From assembly GCA_030704615.1 (NCBI GenBank), contig CM060732.1, positions 24,800,001 through 24,864,000 on the forward strand: 64,000 bases of DNA. Direction: 5' to 3'. This document shows, one piece after another, positions 62,554-64,000 of this stretch. Positions within the stretch are counted from its first letter, which is position 1; each line of letters opens with the position of its first letter. The notes under the pieces are model-generated. The model was not told the DNA's origin. It saw only the letters and a program-made list of their open reading frames with translations, and did no database searches. This stretch comes from Takakia lepidozioides. Lineage: Eukaryota > Plantae > Bryophyta. The position numbers were made by a program, and so were the translations under genes.

Positions 62554-64000
62554 AGTCCAAATGGAGCAAACAGATGCCAAAATAATGCTGGGGCACTTTG
62601 CTTGTCAAATAGGATTTGAATAAATACTTCGAAGAAAGATTGTTGGAATATCCAATTATTCCTCCCCAACTACTTTTCTTTTTTTATTGGATTATTTTTT
62701 CTTTAATTACCCGTTCGAGACGTGTTTCTCGTTACTTGGCCATTGCAATGGCTACTTGACGTTGAATAACATAAGTACTACCCAATATGATTTTATTGAT
62801 GTTTGGAGTTAATTATGAGGTGTTACCGGCGCTTAAGTTTCTTGTTTGTCAGGGCTATGTATTATTCCTAATGATGGTATCTTAAGTTGTAGTTATATGC
62901 TAGGGTTTCAACTCCAGGCCACGATTTGTGTGGAGTCGTTTTATCTAGGGGGCTCACTAGTTAGTCTGTAGTTTAGTAGTCTTGGCTCCTCTTCATTCTA
63001 AAGAGAAGACTGACACACATCAATGTCAAAAATCGCTAAACACTTGTTGTGCCTTCTTAGGTGTCACCTCCCTACTTATGAGAAATAAATGGATGACTAT
63101 TCAAGTTTATTATGGATGAAAGTAGATTCCACTATTCATAATGAGGAGCCATACGTGACTAGCCGTTTGTTGGCTCCTCCCTATAAGGGAGAGACCACGC
63201 ATTGGTGCCAAAAATGAGTAAGATCCTGATATACCTCCACTAGATAATACCTACATGAAGCACATAACCCTCCCCCACTTAAATGTTAACTTGAATGTAC
63301 CTTGATTGGATAAGACCCATACATGAATCTTACATATGTAAATATTCATAAATAAAGACCCATAAATAAAGGGTATATAGTATATATGGATAGACATACA
63401 ATATCTATATTTTCCTGTATTTCAATCTTTGCCTGCTCAATGGCACCGTGGTGGTTCTCACACACCAATCCGACATTACCAGACTACAGACACAAGCAGC
63501 ACACACAAGAGGTCCTTTAGGGTTGATGGTCGGTCAAATCCTCTATGGGTCATGACACAAGGTCAAGGACAATGAGAGGACAATGTGGTGAGGCACCTTC
63601 TTCTTCGACCTATTTCAGCTTGTTTTGCCCTCTCATCAGACTCGGCCTTGAGATGCATATCGACTTTTGTAAGTAGCTCGTTGGGTGGATCTGTGGTGGT
63701 TTGGAGTGACTTTGACAAGTTGCTGCCGATGTGGCAGCAGGAAAGTACCCAAAAACAAATAACAAAGATTTGCAGTACCTACATGTGAAATGGTCAGGTA
63801 GTTTAGGTTGATGGGGGTCTCCAGTTTGCATCCTTTGTCAAACAAGGGTGCATGTCCATAAATGGAAATGGTGAGTGTGGGGGGGGTGAGTTTGCAAGTT
63901 TGTTGTTCAACTCTTGTTTTTCTTATTGCAGGAAGCTTTGTGGAGGGATGAAGGCCGGAGTTACCAGTCATATAATAATCAGTTGTTTGAGAGGTGGCAA

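Noticed and set aside
62600-64000. Possible exon or LTR fragment at the right edge
   Set aside because: Only short ORFs and a purine tract, with no recognisable motif or repeat partner within the window.

Overview
Eukaryotic nuclear DNA from a plant, most likely a non-seed land plant (inferred from the peptides and intron layout). Bases 1-22.4 kb are gene-dense and hold three intron-rich housekeeping genes: the 3' part of an EMF2/VRN2-type Su(z)12 Polycomb gene (+), V-ATPase subunit a (+) and an NDUFAF5-like methyltransferase (-). From about 22.4 kb on the window is repeat-rich. It contains three copies (one full-length, two truncated, all decayed) of an unusual Ty3/Gypsy retrotransposon. Its polyprotein reads Gag(2xCCHC)-protease-DNMT3-like C5 cytosine methyltransferase-RT-RNaseH-integrase-PHD finger. 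Two further features stand out. (i) It has no tRNA primer site but has a 13-nt self-priming complementarity with compensatory changes between copies. (ii) All four intact host junctions fall at a palindromic site INSIDE the LTR (GACA-GC-TGTC), not at the LTR ends. This gives a circularly permuted A-internal-B-A-B arrangement flanked by a 4-bp target duplication, as if a DDE integrase had opened and inserted LTR circles. The full copy sits in a satellite-rich segment with a 1009-bp higher-order repeat, an intronless divergent protein kinase pseudogene and a palindromic ~52-bp array. A divergent, frameshifted cytosolic pyruvate kinase gene (-) lies at 49.5-57.9 kb. All calls come from reading the sequence by eye; no database searches were run.
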